Shown: positions 48,242 to 57,929 of the stretch, piece after piece | Position numbering within the stretch: the first letter of the stretch is position 1 | How the letters are laid out: every line of letters begins with the position of its first letter | From: an uncultured Planctomycetota bacterium | GTDB lineage: Bacteria; Planctomycetota; PLA2; JAEUHO01 | Reading direction: 5' to 3' | Length of the DNA: 64,000 nt | Assembly (NCBI GenBank): GCA_963772585.1 | Contig: CAVYXV010000009.1 | Span: 91,760 to 155,759, forward strand | Notes under the pieces: generated by a model | Database searches by the model: none | Seen by the model: the letters and a program-made list of their open reading frames with translations, nothing else | Told to the model about the DNA's origin: nothing | Program-made: the position numbers and the translations under genes

Positions 48242-49363
48242 CTAGAGCGGGAACGCCCCGCCGGTGTTCTCGATGTCGCCGCTCTGGCGGATCTGCTCGA
48301 GCAGCGCATCCCGCTGCTCCGCGAGGATGGGCGGTACCTCGGCGTACACGTCGTCGAAGAGCGTCTCGATGGGCGGGGGCGGAGTCGACTCCGCCTCCTC
48401 GATGGCGGCCGCTACCGTTTCCTGGAATGCCTTCGTGATCTCCTCTTCCCAGCCCTTCGTCCAGATGCGCTTCGACTTGAGGAAGGCCCGGTAGCGGTCG
48501 ATCGGGTCCTTCTTCTGCCACGCCTCGAACAACTCGGGCGACTGGTAGCGCTTCGGATCGTCGGAAGAGGAGTGGGGGCCCATGCGGAACGTGACCGTCT
48601 CCAGGAGGGTAGGGCCTTCGCCCGCGGCCGCCCGCTCCCGCGCCTCCTTCGCTGCCTCGTAGACGGCGAGGACGTCGTTTCCGTCCACTCGGACCCCCCG
48701 CATGCCGTAGGCCTGGGCCTTGGCCGCGAAGGACTCGCTCGCGGTCTGCTTCGTCTCGGGGACGGAGATGGCCCAGTGGTTGTTCTCGCACACGAAGACG
48801 CACGGCGCCTTCCAGACGCCGGCGAAGTTCATCCCGGCGTGGAAGTCGTTCGACGACGTGCCGCCGTCGCCGAAGAAGGCCCAGGAGACGGTCCCGTCGC
48901 CCCGGATCTGTGCCGCCCGAGCGGCGCCCGCCGCATGGCTGATCTGCGTACCGATGGGGGAGGAGATGGAGAGCCAGCGGATCTTCCGGAACGTGAAGTG
49001 GTTCGGCATCTGCCGGCCCTTGGCGAGGTCGGCCCGGTTCCCCCACATCTGGTCGAGCAGCACCCTCGGCTCGATCCCCTTGAGCAGCGCCACGGAGTGC
49101 ATGCGGTAGGAGGGGAAGATCCAGTCGTCGGGGCGGATGGCGTAGCCCACGCCGATCTGGCTGGCCTCCTGCCCGGCGCCGGGGACGAAGAAGCCGATGC
49201 GCCCCTGGCGCTGGAGGTTCAGGCCGCGCTGGTCGAAGAGCCGCGTGCGCACCATCGCCTCGAACAGGACCTTCAGGTCGTCCTTGCCCAGGTCCGCCGG
49301 CGTCTTCTTCGTGGCCTTGCCGTTGGCATCGAGGATCTGGTGCAGGGGAGGAGCTTCGGGCAT
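48242..49363 (-). CDS. 2-oxoacid dehydrogenase E1 alpha subunit (first copy)
   Basis: [24 protein letters not shown]...NNHWAIS and [11 protein letters not shown] motifs. Confidence 0.94.
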   Translation of the reverse strand: MPEAPPLHQILDANGKATKKTPADLGKDDLKVLFEAMVRTRLFDQRGLNLQRQGRIGFFVPGAGQEASQIGVGYAIRPDDWIFPSYRMHSVALLKGIEPRVLLDQMWGNRADLAKGRQMPNHFTFRKIRWLSISSPIGTQISHAAGAARAAQIRGDGTVSWAFFGDGGTSSNDFHAGMNFAGVWKAPCVFVCENNHWAISVPETKQTASESFAAKAQAYGMRGVRVDGNDVLAVYEAAKEARERAAAGEGPTLLETVTFRMGPHSSSDDPKRYQSPELFEAWQKKDPIDRYRAFLKSKRIWTKGWEEEITKAFQETVAAAIEEAESTPPPPIETLFDDVYAEVPPILAEQRDALLEQIRQSGDIENTGGAFPL

Positions 49364-49504
49364 GGCACGCTCCGACGGCCGGGGACGAGAGGAGGAGGCG
49401 GGAGAATACGGGCCGCGCCCGGCGTCCACAAGCGGCCGCCGAGCGCTGGGCACCGAATGCTTGTGTATAGCAATCAATCGGCGCGCGCGGCGGTGTGCCC
49501 GTCC

Positions 49505-51730
49505 CTACTCCAGCGGCACCACGAGCCGGAAGCCGGCGTCCACCACGGCGTCCGCCGCGGCGTCTTCGCCCGCGGCCAGCGCCTCCCGGCTCCAGATGCC
49601 CTCCCGCCCCTTCACCCGGAACGCATCGCCCTCGCGGACCAACTCCGCGGGGGCTCCGCCCAGATTCTCGACGTCGAAGGGGGACCGGTCCACCTGGCCC
49701 GAGGCGGCGTCCGCCGCCCGGAAGAGGCGCCGGTAGCGGGGCGCGGCGTAGGCGAGGCCCGCGGCGCGCGCCCACTCCGTCGCGCTCGGCAGGCGTTCGC
49801 CGCGCCCGAAGACCTCCCGGCGCCACGTCGCGAACGCCGCCGCGTCCGCGGGGCGGATGCCCCGGACGGGCCGGCTTTCGTAGCCGGGCGAGACGAGGAA
49901 GGTGCCCAGCTGGGCGGGGTCGGGCGTGAAGCCCTCGGCGGGCAGGTGCGCCTGGCGCTGCGCGTCCGGGAGCGCGTCGATCCAGTCGGCGTACTCCAGG
50001 TGGGTCACCTCCCGCTGGCTGACGAAGAACGCCGCGCCGCCGCCGGGTCCAGGCGGCACGTAGACCGTACCGGGGGGTGCGCGCGCCGGCAGGTCGACGG
50101 CGAGCACGACGGGGTCCACGTGCCCGCCGTCCGGATTCCACCCCAGTTCGAATGGCAGGGACAGCCAGCCCTGGTCGGCGAGATGCAGCACATAGAGGCC
50201 GGGCGGCATCTCGTTGGGCCCCGGCTTCACCTCGAACCGACGCTGGTCCCACAGGCGTACGGCCGCGAACGTCCGTTTCGCGGGACCGCCCACGCGCAGG
50301 TCGAGCCGCGCACTCCCGAGCCGCGCGTCCGCCTTGCGGATGGCGTCCAGGGCGGCCGTCTTCTCCGGGCCGTCGGGCAACGAGCCGACCTCCGCCCGGG
50401 CGAGCGACAACCGGCTCTCGAGCCATCCGTGCCGGAGGCTCGTTCCCGCGGGCGTGAGCGCACGGGGATCCACCGCGCCGATCTCGCGCCCGAGGCGGGC
50501 GACGCGCTCCCGGGCGACCTCGCCGCGTTCCAGCGTGGTCTCGGGTGGACCGGAGAGGAACCCCGCTCCCACGGCGAGACCGAGGAGGAGCCCGCCGACG
50601 GTCAGGAGCGCGGGGACGAGCGTCCGGCGCAGCGTCCGCTGCGCCGCCGCCATCGCCGCCCCGCGGGCGTCACGCTCCTCCTGCGCCTGCACGCGCCCTC
50701 CCGAGCTCCACGCGCGCACGTCGGCCGCGAACGCCGCCGCGCTCTCGTAGCGCTCCCCGGGGGCCTTCGCCATGGCCTTCTCGCAGATGGCGCGCGCGGC
50801 CGCAGGCATGCTCTCCGGCAGCGGGGGGTAGCGACCGTCCCGCGCGTCGTCGAGCATGTCGTCGAGTGACCGGAAGTCGGGCGCCTCCAAGGACCGTCGT
50901 CGCGCTGCCAACTCCTCGGCGCGGGCCTCGTCCCCGGCGGATCGCGCCTTCGCCTCCGCCTTGAGCAGGTCCTGCGCCCGCTGGTCGCGCTCCTGGCGGC
51001 GGAGCGGCGACGATTCCCGGATCGGCGGCGCCGCCGTGAAGAGGAAGCGCAGCAGCGCCCCCAGCCCCCACACGTCGGTCTGGGAGACGAGCTTCCCGCG
51101 GGCCTGCTCGGGTGAGAGGAACCGCGGCGTGCCCACGATCTTCCCCTCCTCCAGCGGCTGGCCGTCCCCGTGGCAGATGCCGAAGTCGATCAGGTAGGGG
51201 CGCCGCGTACGGACGTCGATCAGGACGTTGTCCGGCTTGAGATCGCGATGGAGGATCCCGTACTCGCGGTTCGCCGCACCTACCCCCTCGGCGATGGGCA
51301 CGAGGACGTCGGCCGCGAGCCGCGCCGGGGACGCCCAGTGGCGAAGCCTCGGCCACGTCTTGCCGAGCGCCCCCTTGTGCGTGGTCGCCACGATGTCCGT
51401 CAGCGTGATCGGCTCGTAGAGGAGCTCCATCACGAAGTAGAGGCGATCCCCCTCGAACCGTCCGCGGTCGTACACCGGCATCACGTGGGGGTGGCGGATC
51501 TTCGCCTCCGCCTCGCACTCCGCCAGGAAGCGCTGCTGGAGCGACTCCGGCAGGCCCGGCAGGAGCACCTTCGTGGCGACCTCCCGACGCGTCTCCTCGT
51601 CGAACGTGCGGTAGACGGTCCCCATCCCGCCCCGTCCGACGATGGACTCCAGGCGATACCGCCCGATGTGCGTACCGGGGGCGAACTCGCCCTTCCGCAG
51701 GTCCTCCTGCCTCTTCGCGCCACCGACCAT
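49505..51730 (-). CDS. Membrane Ser/Thr kinase with C-terminal FGE-sulfatase-like domain
   Basis: GRGGMGTVY, HRDLKPDN, DFG and GTPRFLSPEQ; TM; EVT..EY, RLPS..EW.RAA and GFRLV. Confidence 0.88.
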   Translation of the reverse strand: MVGGAKRQEDLRKGEFAPGTHIGRYRLESIVGRGGMGTVYRTFDEETRREVATKVLLPGLPESLQQRFLAECEAEAKIRHPHVMPVYDRGRFEGDRLYFVMELLYEPITLTDIVATTHKGALGKTWPRLRHWASPARLAADVLVPIAEGVGAANREYGILHRDLKPDNVLIDVRTRRPYLIDFGICHGDGQPLEEGKIVGTPRFLSPEQARGKLVSQTDVWGLGALLRFLFTAAPPIRESSPLRRQERDQRAQDLLKAEAKARSAGDEARAEELAARRRSLEAPDFRSLDDMLDDARDGRYPPLPESMPAAARAICEKAMAKAPGERYESAAAFAADVRAWSSGGRVQAQEERDARGAAMAAAQRTLRRTLVPALLTVGGLLLGLAVGAGFLSGPPETTLERGEVARERVARLGREIGAVDPRALTPAGTSLRHGWLESRLSLARAEVGSLPDGPEKTAALDAIRKADARLGSARLDLRVGGPAKRTFAAVRLWDQRRFEVKPGPNEMPPGLYVLHLADQGWLSLPFELGWNPDGGHVDPVVLAVDLPARAPPGTVYVPPGPGGGAAFFVSQREVTHLEYADWIDALPDAQRQAHLPAEGFTPDPAQLGTFLVSPGYESRPVRGIRPADAAAFATWRREVFGRGERLPSATEWARAAGLAYAAPRYRRLFRAADAASGQVDRSPFDVENLGGAPAELVREGDAFRVKGREGIWSREALAAGEDAAADAVVDAGFRLVVPLE

Positions 51731-51889
51731 GGACGTGGACTCCCGGGGAGGGCCCAGCCTACCCCATGACGGCCGGGACGCGGAGCGGTCGGGCGCGGGA
51801 TCGCGACGGGGACCGCCGAAGCCGCGGCTTGCACACCGGGCCCGCTTCCCCCACGCTGGCGCACGAGCCGGTCCCCGTGGGAGAGAGCG

Positions 51890-52060
51890 ATGGCGGCGGC
51901 GATCGACCGTGGTGACGGCCCGCCCCCGCCGGCCGCCTCCGCTCCGGCGCGTCCCCGCTACCGCACCCTCCTCGACGAGGACGACCTTCGCCGGGACCGC
52001 CCTGTCCTCGGCCCATTTCCGACCCCCGAACCTCTCCCGGAAGGAGACCCCGGACCATGA
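51890..52060 (+). CDS. Small Pro-rich protein (56 aa), absent from the ORF track
   Basis: GGGAGA upstream of the ATG; open frame MAAAIDRG...GDPGP ends in an ATGA overlap with the next gene. Confidence 0.4.
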   Translation: MAAAIDRGDGPPPPAASAPARPRYRTLLDEDDLRRDRPVLGPFPTPEPLPEGDPGP

Positions 52061-52317
52061 CGCGCACGGCGGGCACCCTCTTCGGCCTGGCGATCGTCGC
52101 CCTGGCCGTCGGCTTCCTCCTCGGTTTCCTTCAGGTCCGCTTCGCGCTCCAGGACGTCGTCTCCTCGGACGCGAGGCTCGCCCCCGAGGCCCTGGCCCGT
52201 CTCCTCCACGCCGCCGCTTCCCGTGCGGTCGTCGGCGCGTTGATCGCCGTCGTGCTCGCGGCGGCGGGTCTCTTCGCGGGGATGCGTCCGGGACACGAAG
52301 CCGACGCGGAGGCCTGA
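52057..52317 (+). CDS. Small two-TM membrane protein (86 aa)
   Basis: AAGGAG RBS; two hydrophobic helices. Confidence 0.6.
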   Translation: MTRTAGTLFGLAIVALAVGFLLGFLQVRFALQDVVSSDARLAPEALARLLHAAASRAVVGALIAVVLAAAGLFAGMRPGHEADAEA

Positions 52318-52450
52318 CGCGCTCCCCCCACGCCCCGCCCGCCATGCGGTCGATGCGCCGCCCCTCTCGAGGGCGCCCGTCCGCCGAGAAAGACGAGCGC
52401 CGTCGAGGCGGTCCCCCTATCCTCGGCCCGACGACGTGGACGCGCCCCGT

Positions 52451-52535
52451 GCGAGAGTGGCGGAACTGGCATACGCGCAGGATTTAGGATCCTGTCCCGA
52501 AAGGGTTGCGGGTTCGAGTCCCGCCTCTCGCACCA
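52451..52535 (+). tRNA. tRNA-Leu (anticodon TAG)
   Basis: Acceptor stem GCGAGAG/CTCTCGC; anticodon arm CAGGA-TTTAGGA-TCCTG; long variable arm; GGTTCGAGTCC; encoded CCA. Confidence 0.97.
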
Positions 52536-52566
52536 TCCCCCGGAGCGGTCGCGACCCGGCCCGTCC

Positions 52567-52608
52567 CTGACGAACGGCTGACCGGCCCGGGCGCGTCCGC
52601 CGTACCTT
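52567..52608 (+). promoter_or_regulatory. Two CTGAC direct repeats plus -10 box (putative response-regulator-dependent, leaderless promoter)
   Basis: CTGAC at 52567 and 52578; TACCTT at 52603; GTG start 6 nt later. Confidence 0.6.
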
Positions 52609-52614
52609 GATCCC

Positions 52615-54378
52615 GTGCGCGCCAGGGCGGAATGGCTGCTGCTGCCCCTCTTCCTGCTGCCGTTCGTGGTGGCGGGGGCGCTGGTCGTCTTCGCGGTGGA
52701 CGCGCGCAAGGCGGAACTGGCCGCCGTCCGCCGCGACGCCCCGGCCCGCGTCCGCGCGTGGCTCACGGGGCCCCGCGGTCCCGCCGCGTGGATGCCCGAG
52801 CGCGTCGCGCGGGCCTACCAGCCCGGCGGGTCGGCGCTCGGCGACGAGACCACGACCGTTCCCGTCCGCCATCCGCTGGGGACGCCGCGCGTCCGGCTGG
52901 GCAAGCAGGGGCTCGGCGCCGACCCCTGGCGCTTCGCGGGTGCGCTACCCGCCGGCCTCCCCGGCGCCACCCTCGCCGATCCCACGACCCGCCTGGACCT
53001 CTCGACGGGGAAGCCCGCGGCCCGGATCGGCGGCCTCGACCCGGCGACCGATGCGCTGATCGGCCTCCTGGACACGCCCGACCTCGCGCGTCTCCGAGAC
53101 GCGCCGCTCGCGGCCGCGACGAAGGGCTGGCTGCTTCGCCGCTGGCGCCGCGCGGGTGCGACCCTCCCCGGGCTCGTCGACGCGGCCGCGCTGGTCCAGG
53201 CCGTCCGCACGTGGGAGCGGGCCGTCGAGCCACAGGGGGGGGCGCTGACGCCGGGCTGCCACGTCCTCGGCGGCCTTCTCGTCGTCGCGACCGGCACCGG
53301 TTCTCCCCTGCTGCTTCCCGACGGTCCCGACGCGCTCCCCGTCGAGGTGTTCACGGAGACCGGTCCACAGGACGGCGGGTTCCGCCTCCACTGGATCTTC
53401 CCGCCCGACGCGTCGTCGGGCATGCACGAGGTCTGGCGCGGGCACGTCGCCGCCCCGCTCGCGGGCACGTTCGTCTGGAGCGCCCCGCACGGCACCGGGT
53501 GGTGGGAGGCCCCGGTCGTGAGGCGGTGGGGGCCGATCGCCGCCGCGCTGCTCGTGGCCTTCCTCCTCCTCCCGGCGCTCCTCCTCGTCGCGATGCGCCG
53601 GCGCCGCCGGCTCGACGAGGCGCGCGTGCGCTTCGTGAACGAGATGGCGCACGACCTCCGCACCCCGCTCGCCTCGCTCCGCCTCCAGGCGGACCTCCTC
53701 GCCGAAGGCAAGGGGAAGCCCGGCCGGGAGCGCACGTACGTGGACCGGATCGCCCGCGAGACGGCGCGGCTGGGATCGCTCCTCGAGAACCTCCTCGACG
53801 TCTCGCGCCTGGAGGGCGCGCGCCGCGCCTTCGATCTCGACACCGTCCGCGTCGCCGACCTCGCCGCGGATGTGACGCGCGCGCTCTCCGTGCTCGTACC
53901 CGGACGGCGCGCGGACGTGCGCGTGGACGGAGACGACGGCGTCTGCGCCCGCGCCGACCGCACGGCCCTCGCCCGCGTGCTGGCGAACCTGCTGGACAAC
54001 GCCGCGAAGTTCACGGCGCCTGGGACGCCCGTTCGCCTGGCCTGGCGAAGAGAGGGCGAGAACGTCCAGATCGACGTGACCGACGACGGGGACGGCATCC
54101 CCCGCGCCGAGCGCGGCCGCGTCTTCGAGCGCTACGCCCGCGGCACGCGCGCGAGGCGGGACGGCCTCCCGGGCTCGGGGCTCGGCCTCGCGCTCGTCCG
54201 GGAGCTGACCGAAGGCATGGGCGGGACGGTCCGCCTGCTGGAGGGCGCGCGCGGCGCCGCCTTCCGCGTCGAGCTCCCCGCCGCGCCCCAGCCGACGCCC
54301 GCCGCCCCGGAATCGGGACCCGGGGGCGACACGCCGGCCGACCGCGCGACCCGGGCGGGCGGAGGGAGCCATGCCTGA
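52615..54378 (+). CDS. Membrane sensor histidine kinase
   Basis: Two TM segments; AHDLRTPL H-box; NLLDNAAKF, DDGDGI and GSGLGL boxes. Confidence 0.93.
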   Translation: MRARAEWLLLPLFLLPFVVAGALVVFAVDARKAELAAVRRDAPARVRAWLTGPRGPAAWMPERVARAYQPGGSALGDETTTVPVRHPLGTPRVRLGKQGLGADPWRFAGALPAGLPGATLADPTTRLDLSTGKPAARIGGLDPATDALIGLLDTPDLARLRDAPLAAATKGWLLRRWRRAGATLPGLVDAAALVQAVRTWERAVEPQGGALTPGCHVLGGLLVVATGTGSPLLLPDGPDALPVEVFTETGPQDGGFRLHWIFPPDASSGMHEVWRGHVAAPLAGTFVWSAPHGTGWWEAPVVRRWGPIAAALLVAFLLLPALLLVAMRRRRRLDEARVRFVNEMAHDLRTPLASLRLQADLLAEGKGKPGRERTYVDRIARETARLGSLLENLLDVSRLEGARRAFDLDTVRVADLAADVTRALSVLVPGRRADVRVDGDDGVCARADRTALARVLANLLDNAAKFTAPGTPVRLAWRREGENVQIDVTDDGDGIPRAERGRVFERYARGTRARRDGLPGSGLGLALVRELTEGMGGTVRLLEGARGAAFRVELPAAPQPTPAAPESGPGGDTPADRATRAGGGSHA

Positions 54379-55078
54379 AGCGGGCACCTCCATCCTGCTC
54401 GTCGAGGACGACCCGGGCATCCGCGAGAGCCTCAAGGACGTGCTGGAGGGCGAGGGCTATCGCGTCACGACGGCCGTGGACGGCGTGCGCGCCTTCGAAC
54501 TCGGCACCACCGAGGATCCCGACCTCGTCGTGCTCGACGTGATGCTCCCGGGGATGGACGGCTTCGAGGTGCTGCGGCGCCTGCGGGAGGACGGCGTCGA
54601 GACGCCCGTGATCCTCTTGACGGCCCGGGCGTTGGAGCGGGACCGCGTCCGCGGGCTCGACCTCGGCGCCGACGACTACGTGGTGAAGCCCTTCGCGCTG
54701 AAGGAGCTCCTCGCGCGCATCCGGTCGAGGCTCCGGGCCTGGGACCGGGAACGCGCCATCGAGCGGGGGGAAGCGGTGCGGATCGGGGACCTCGTCGTGG
54801 ACTTCCGCGCGCGCACCGCCGCCCGCGACGGCGAGGCCGTCCACCTGACGCCCAAGGAGTACGACCTGCTCCGGTTCCTCGTCCGAAACGACGGCCGCGC
54901 GCTCTCCCGCGGCGAGCTCCTCGCCGGCGTCTGGGACGACGAGGACGTCCACTCCCGCGTGATCGACACCGCGATCCTGGGCCTTCGCAAGAAGATCGAG
55001 ACCGATCCGTCCCGCCCGCGCTTCCTCCGAAGCGTGCGCGGTCTGGGCTACCGCTTCTCTCGCCGCGGCGGACCCTGA
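54371..55078 (+). CDS. OmpR/PhoB family response regulator
   Basis: LVEDD, LDVMLP, GADDYVVKPF, LTPKEYDLL and VRGLGYRF motifs. Confidence 0.95.
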   Translation: MPEAGTSILLVEDDPGIRESLKDVLEGEGYRVTTAVDGVRAFELGTTEDPDLVVLDVMLPGMDGFEVLRRLREDGVETPVILLTARALERDRVRGLDLGADDYVVKPFALKELLARIRSRLRAWDRERAIERGEAVRIGDLVVDFRARTAARDGEAVHLTPKEYDLLRFLVRNDGRALSRGELLAGVWDDEDVHSRVIDTAILGLRKKIETDPSRPRFLRSVRGLGYRFSRRGGP

Positions 55079-55137
55079 CCCTTCGCTGACGGTCGCTGAC
55101 CGTCGGCTGACCCGGGCAGTCGTCGGAGGGGTAGCTT
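55075..55137 (+). promoter_or_regulatory. Four phased CTGAC repeats plus -10 box (putative response regulator operator)
   Basis: CTGAC at 55075, 55086, 55096 and 55107; TAGCTT at 55132. Confidence 0.65.
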
Positions 55138-55158
55138 GCCGTCGTCCGTTGGAGATCC

Positions 55159-57861
55159 GTGATGAGCACCACCCTTCGCCTCGCCCTCTTCCCCGCCTTC
55201 CTGGCGGTGCTGGCGCTCGCCTCTTCGCGCGCCTTCGCCGGCGACGAGGACGCCGCCACCTCCGCCGCCGACCGCTACCACGACGCCTACGTCGCCGAGG
55301 TGATCGACGGCGACGTCGCCAAGGCCGCCAAGGGCTACCTCGCCCTGATCGACGACCCTGCGACCCCGCCCGACATCCGCGCCGAGGCGAGGCTGCGCTT
55401 CGCCATCGTCGCGGTCCTGCTCGGCCGCGCGGACGAGGCGCGGCTGCGCCTCGGTGGTCTGGTGGCCGACGCCGACGTGCCCGACGCGGTGAAGGAGCGC
55501 GCCCGGGCGGTGCTCGCCTCGATCGCCGACGTCGCGGCGGGGAGCGAGCTGGACAAGAAGCTCCAGTCGCTGGTCTTCGATCTGGCCCGGGTGTCGCCCT
55601 ACGAACCGTCGCCGGCGGTCTACCGCGACTTCGAGGTGCTGGGCGCTCGTGCCCTGCCCTTTCTCCGCAAGCTCCTCCACCACGAGGACCCGGGGCTCAG
55701 GCGCCACGCGTTCCGCCTGCTCGTCCGCATGGGGGAGCCGGGCATGGGCGAGGCGTGGACCGCGTCGATCCGCGTGTACGGCCCCGCCTGGTGGTCCGAG
55801 TGGATCTCCTACCTCGCAAAGCGGCCGGACGAGGTGCGCGCATGGGAGGCGTCGCTGCTCGCGTTGGACGACGACGGTGTTCGCACCCAACTCGAGGACG
55901 CCATGAAGCAGGGCTGGTGGCCGGCCTACCCCCCGTTCTCGCTCGCCTTCGTCGAGGCGCTGGCCGCCCGGCCGGCGCTCCGAGACCTCGCGTTCCACCA
56001 CCTCGTGGGCGTCCGGGACGAGACGTCGAAGTGGGCGACCGTCGATCGCTGGCTCGCTTCGGAGGATCAGGACCTCGCCTCGGAGACGGCCTCGTGGATC
56101 CTCGAGCACAGCACCGGAGGGCCCACCGACGAAGGCGCCCGCGCCCGCTGGCCGAAGGTCTTCGCGTCCACCCTCGCGCGAGGCGAAGGCTTCAGCCCCA
56201 CGACGGCGCCGGCGGGGTCCACGAGCGGGAACCTCCTCGCCTATCTCCGGAGGCTTCCGACCGACACCCTCCTCGCGGACCTCGAGCAGCTGACGAAGCC
56301 CGGCGGCACGCAAGGCCCGAACCCCCTGAACGACGGCTTCGCCTCCAGCATCGCCCGCGTGCTCGACGAACGCGACATGGACGGGAAGGCGCTCGCCCGA
56401 TACGGCCTGGTGCTCCGCAACTGGCTCGACGCCTGGGCCGCGGGGATGGCCGGACCGGCGGACGCGCGGACGGCGTGGAAGCAGGCGCTCCCCTGGCTCC
56501 AGGGTCACGTGCGGCGCTACCTGGAGCAGGCGAAGCCGGACGAGGCGGCGGCGTTCCTCGATCACCTCTTCCAGGGCCCCGCGAACGGCAGGGCCCAGGA
56601 CTTCGCGCCGGTCCTCGCGATCCGGTCGCCGGACGACATGGAGCGGTTCATGGCGGTGCTGCACGTCGTCGGCGCCGCTGAGCGAAGCGCGCTCGTGCCG
56701 GAGCTCCCGGACCTCGACGACAGCGGCGCCGAGCTTCGGCTCGCGATCCTGGAACGCCTCCCGGAGATGGTCCGGCTCGTCGGACCGGGGAATCTGCTGT
56801 CGCAACTGCAGGACGTGCCCCATGCCTCGCGCGGGCTCTCGCCCGACGCCTCGCGCGGCCTCGCCGCCGAGATCCTCGGCGCCCTCCTGTCGAGCGGGCG
56901 GGGGTCGGGCAAGTGGGTGACCGAGCAACTCCACCGGTGGATCACCAACGGACAGGTCACCCAGCGACAGATCGGCGCCGACTACGTGGCGTCGATGGCG
57001 CTGCCCGGTCTCGACGCGCAGTGGACGGCGATCGCCCCCGAGGACCGGACCGCGATTCTCGACTGGCTGTGGCATGCCCTGGACGACTACGTGGGCGCCG
57101 TCGTCTGGACGGACCGCCTGTCGGTCGAGAGCCGCGCCGCGCTTCGCGCCTTCCTGCTGGAGCACCTCGACGACATCTCCGACGCCACCTGGAAGGTGGT
57201 CGGTAGGTTTCCCCAGCTCGTGCCGCCCGAAGCCTGGCTTCGAACCGCGCCGGAGCGGATGATCTCCTACCTGCAGGTGACGTCCGACGAGGCCGACCGG
57301 ATCGCCCGCGAGGTCGCCCGTCGCTTCGCCGCCGGCGAGGACCGCCCCACGGCGACGATCCTCGCCTTCGTCCAGACGAAGGCCTCCGAGGCCGTCGGCC
57401 GCGACGTCTTCGACGCGTTGCTCCGGTCCCCCGACCCCGCCGTCCGAAATCTCGCCATCGCGCGGCTGTCGAGGGGTGGAACCCCGGCGAGTCCGGAGGC
57501 CATGAAGGACGCGCAGGACCTGCTTCTCGCCGAGACGTCCCCCGATCTCTGGGTGGGCCTGATGCTGGCGCGACGGCGGATCGAGGCGCACCCGACGAAG
57601 GACCTCTTCCCGCTCATCCGGCGCCTCTTGAGCGCCGAAGACCCCGGGATCCTGAAGCCGACGATCGGTCTGGCGAAGGATCTCGGCCAGCCGGAGCTGA
57701 TCCCCGCCCTCGTCCCCTTCCTCGAATCCCTGGACAGGAGCCTGCGCCAGGCGGCACGCGAGGCGATCCAGGCGATCCGCGAAGTGGTGACCCTCGAGCA
57801 CGAGGAGAAGCTCCGCGCCGCGGGCTTCCTCCCGCAAGGCGAGAGCACGGGCGGGCGATAG
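55159..57861 (+). CDS. Large secreted alpha-helical (TPR/HEAT-like) protein
   Basis: Signal peptide (AFA|G); AYVAEVIDGDVAKAAKGY TPR-like start; HEAT-like LRKLLHHEDPGLRRHA and LIPALVPFL. Confidence 0.75.
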   Translation: MMSTTLRLALFPAFLAVLALASSRAFAGDEDAATSAADRYHDAYVAEVIDGDVAKAAKGYLALIDDPATPPDIRAEARLRFAIVAVLLGRADEARLRLGGLVADADVPDAVKERARAVLASIADVAAGSELDKKLQSLVFDLARVSPYEPSPAVYRDFEVLGARALPFLRKLLHHEDPGLRRHAFRLLVRMGEPGMGEAWTASIRVYGPAWWSEWISYLAKRPDEVRAWEASLLALDDDGVRTQLEDAMKQGWWPAYPPFSLAFVEALAARPALRDLAFHHLVGVRDETSKWATVDRWLASEDQDLASETASWILEHSTGGPTDEGARARWPKVFASTLARGEGFSPTTAPAGSTSGNLLAYLRRLPTDTLLADLEQLTKPGGTQGPNPLNDGFASSIARVLDERDMDGKALARYGLVLRNWLDAWAAGMAGPADARTAWKQALPWLQGHVRRYLEQAKPDEAAAFLDHLFQGPANGRAQDFAPVLAIRSPDDMERFMAVLHVVGAAERSALVPELPDLDDSGAELRLAILERLPEMVRLVGPGNLLSQLQDVPHASRGLSPDASRGLAAEILGALLSSGRGSGKWVTEQLHRWITNGQVTQRQIGADYVASMALPGLDAQWTAIAPEDRTAILDWLWHALDDYVGAVVWTDRLSVESRAALRAFLLEHLDDISDATWKVVGRFPQLVPPEAWLRTAPERMISYLQVTSDEADRIAREVARRFAAGEDRPTATILAFVQTKASEAVGRDVFDALLRSPDPAVRNLAIARLSRGGTPASPEAMKDAQDLLLAETSPDLWVGLMLARRRIEAHPTKDLFPLIRRLLSAEDPGILKPTIGLAKDLGQPELIPALVPFLESLDRSLRQAAREAIQAIREVVTLEHEEKLRAAGFLPQGESTGGR

Positions 57862-57929
57862 CCCTCCGTGACCTCTCCGCCTAGGATGCCCCCCGCGGGT
57901 CGCCCGGTCGGCCCGCAGGGGAGAGCTTC

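Noticed and set aside
52451-52535. tRNA-Leu as an island integration site
   Set aside because: No integrase and no duplicated tRNA 3' end seen in the window
55075-55111. Short tandem repeats as a CRISPR array or VNTR
   Set aside because: Units are 10-11 nt with only a 5-nt constant core; this fits a regulator binding site better
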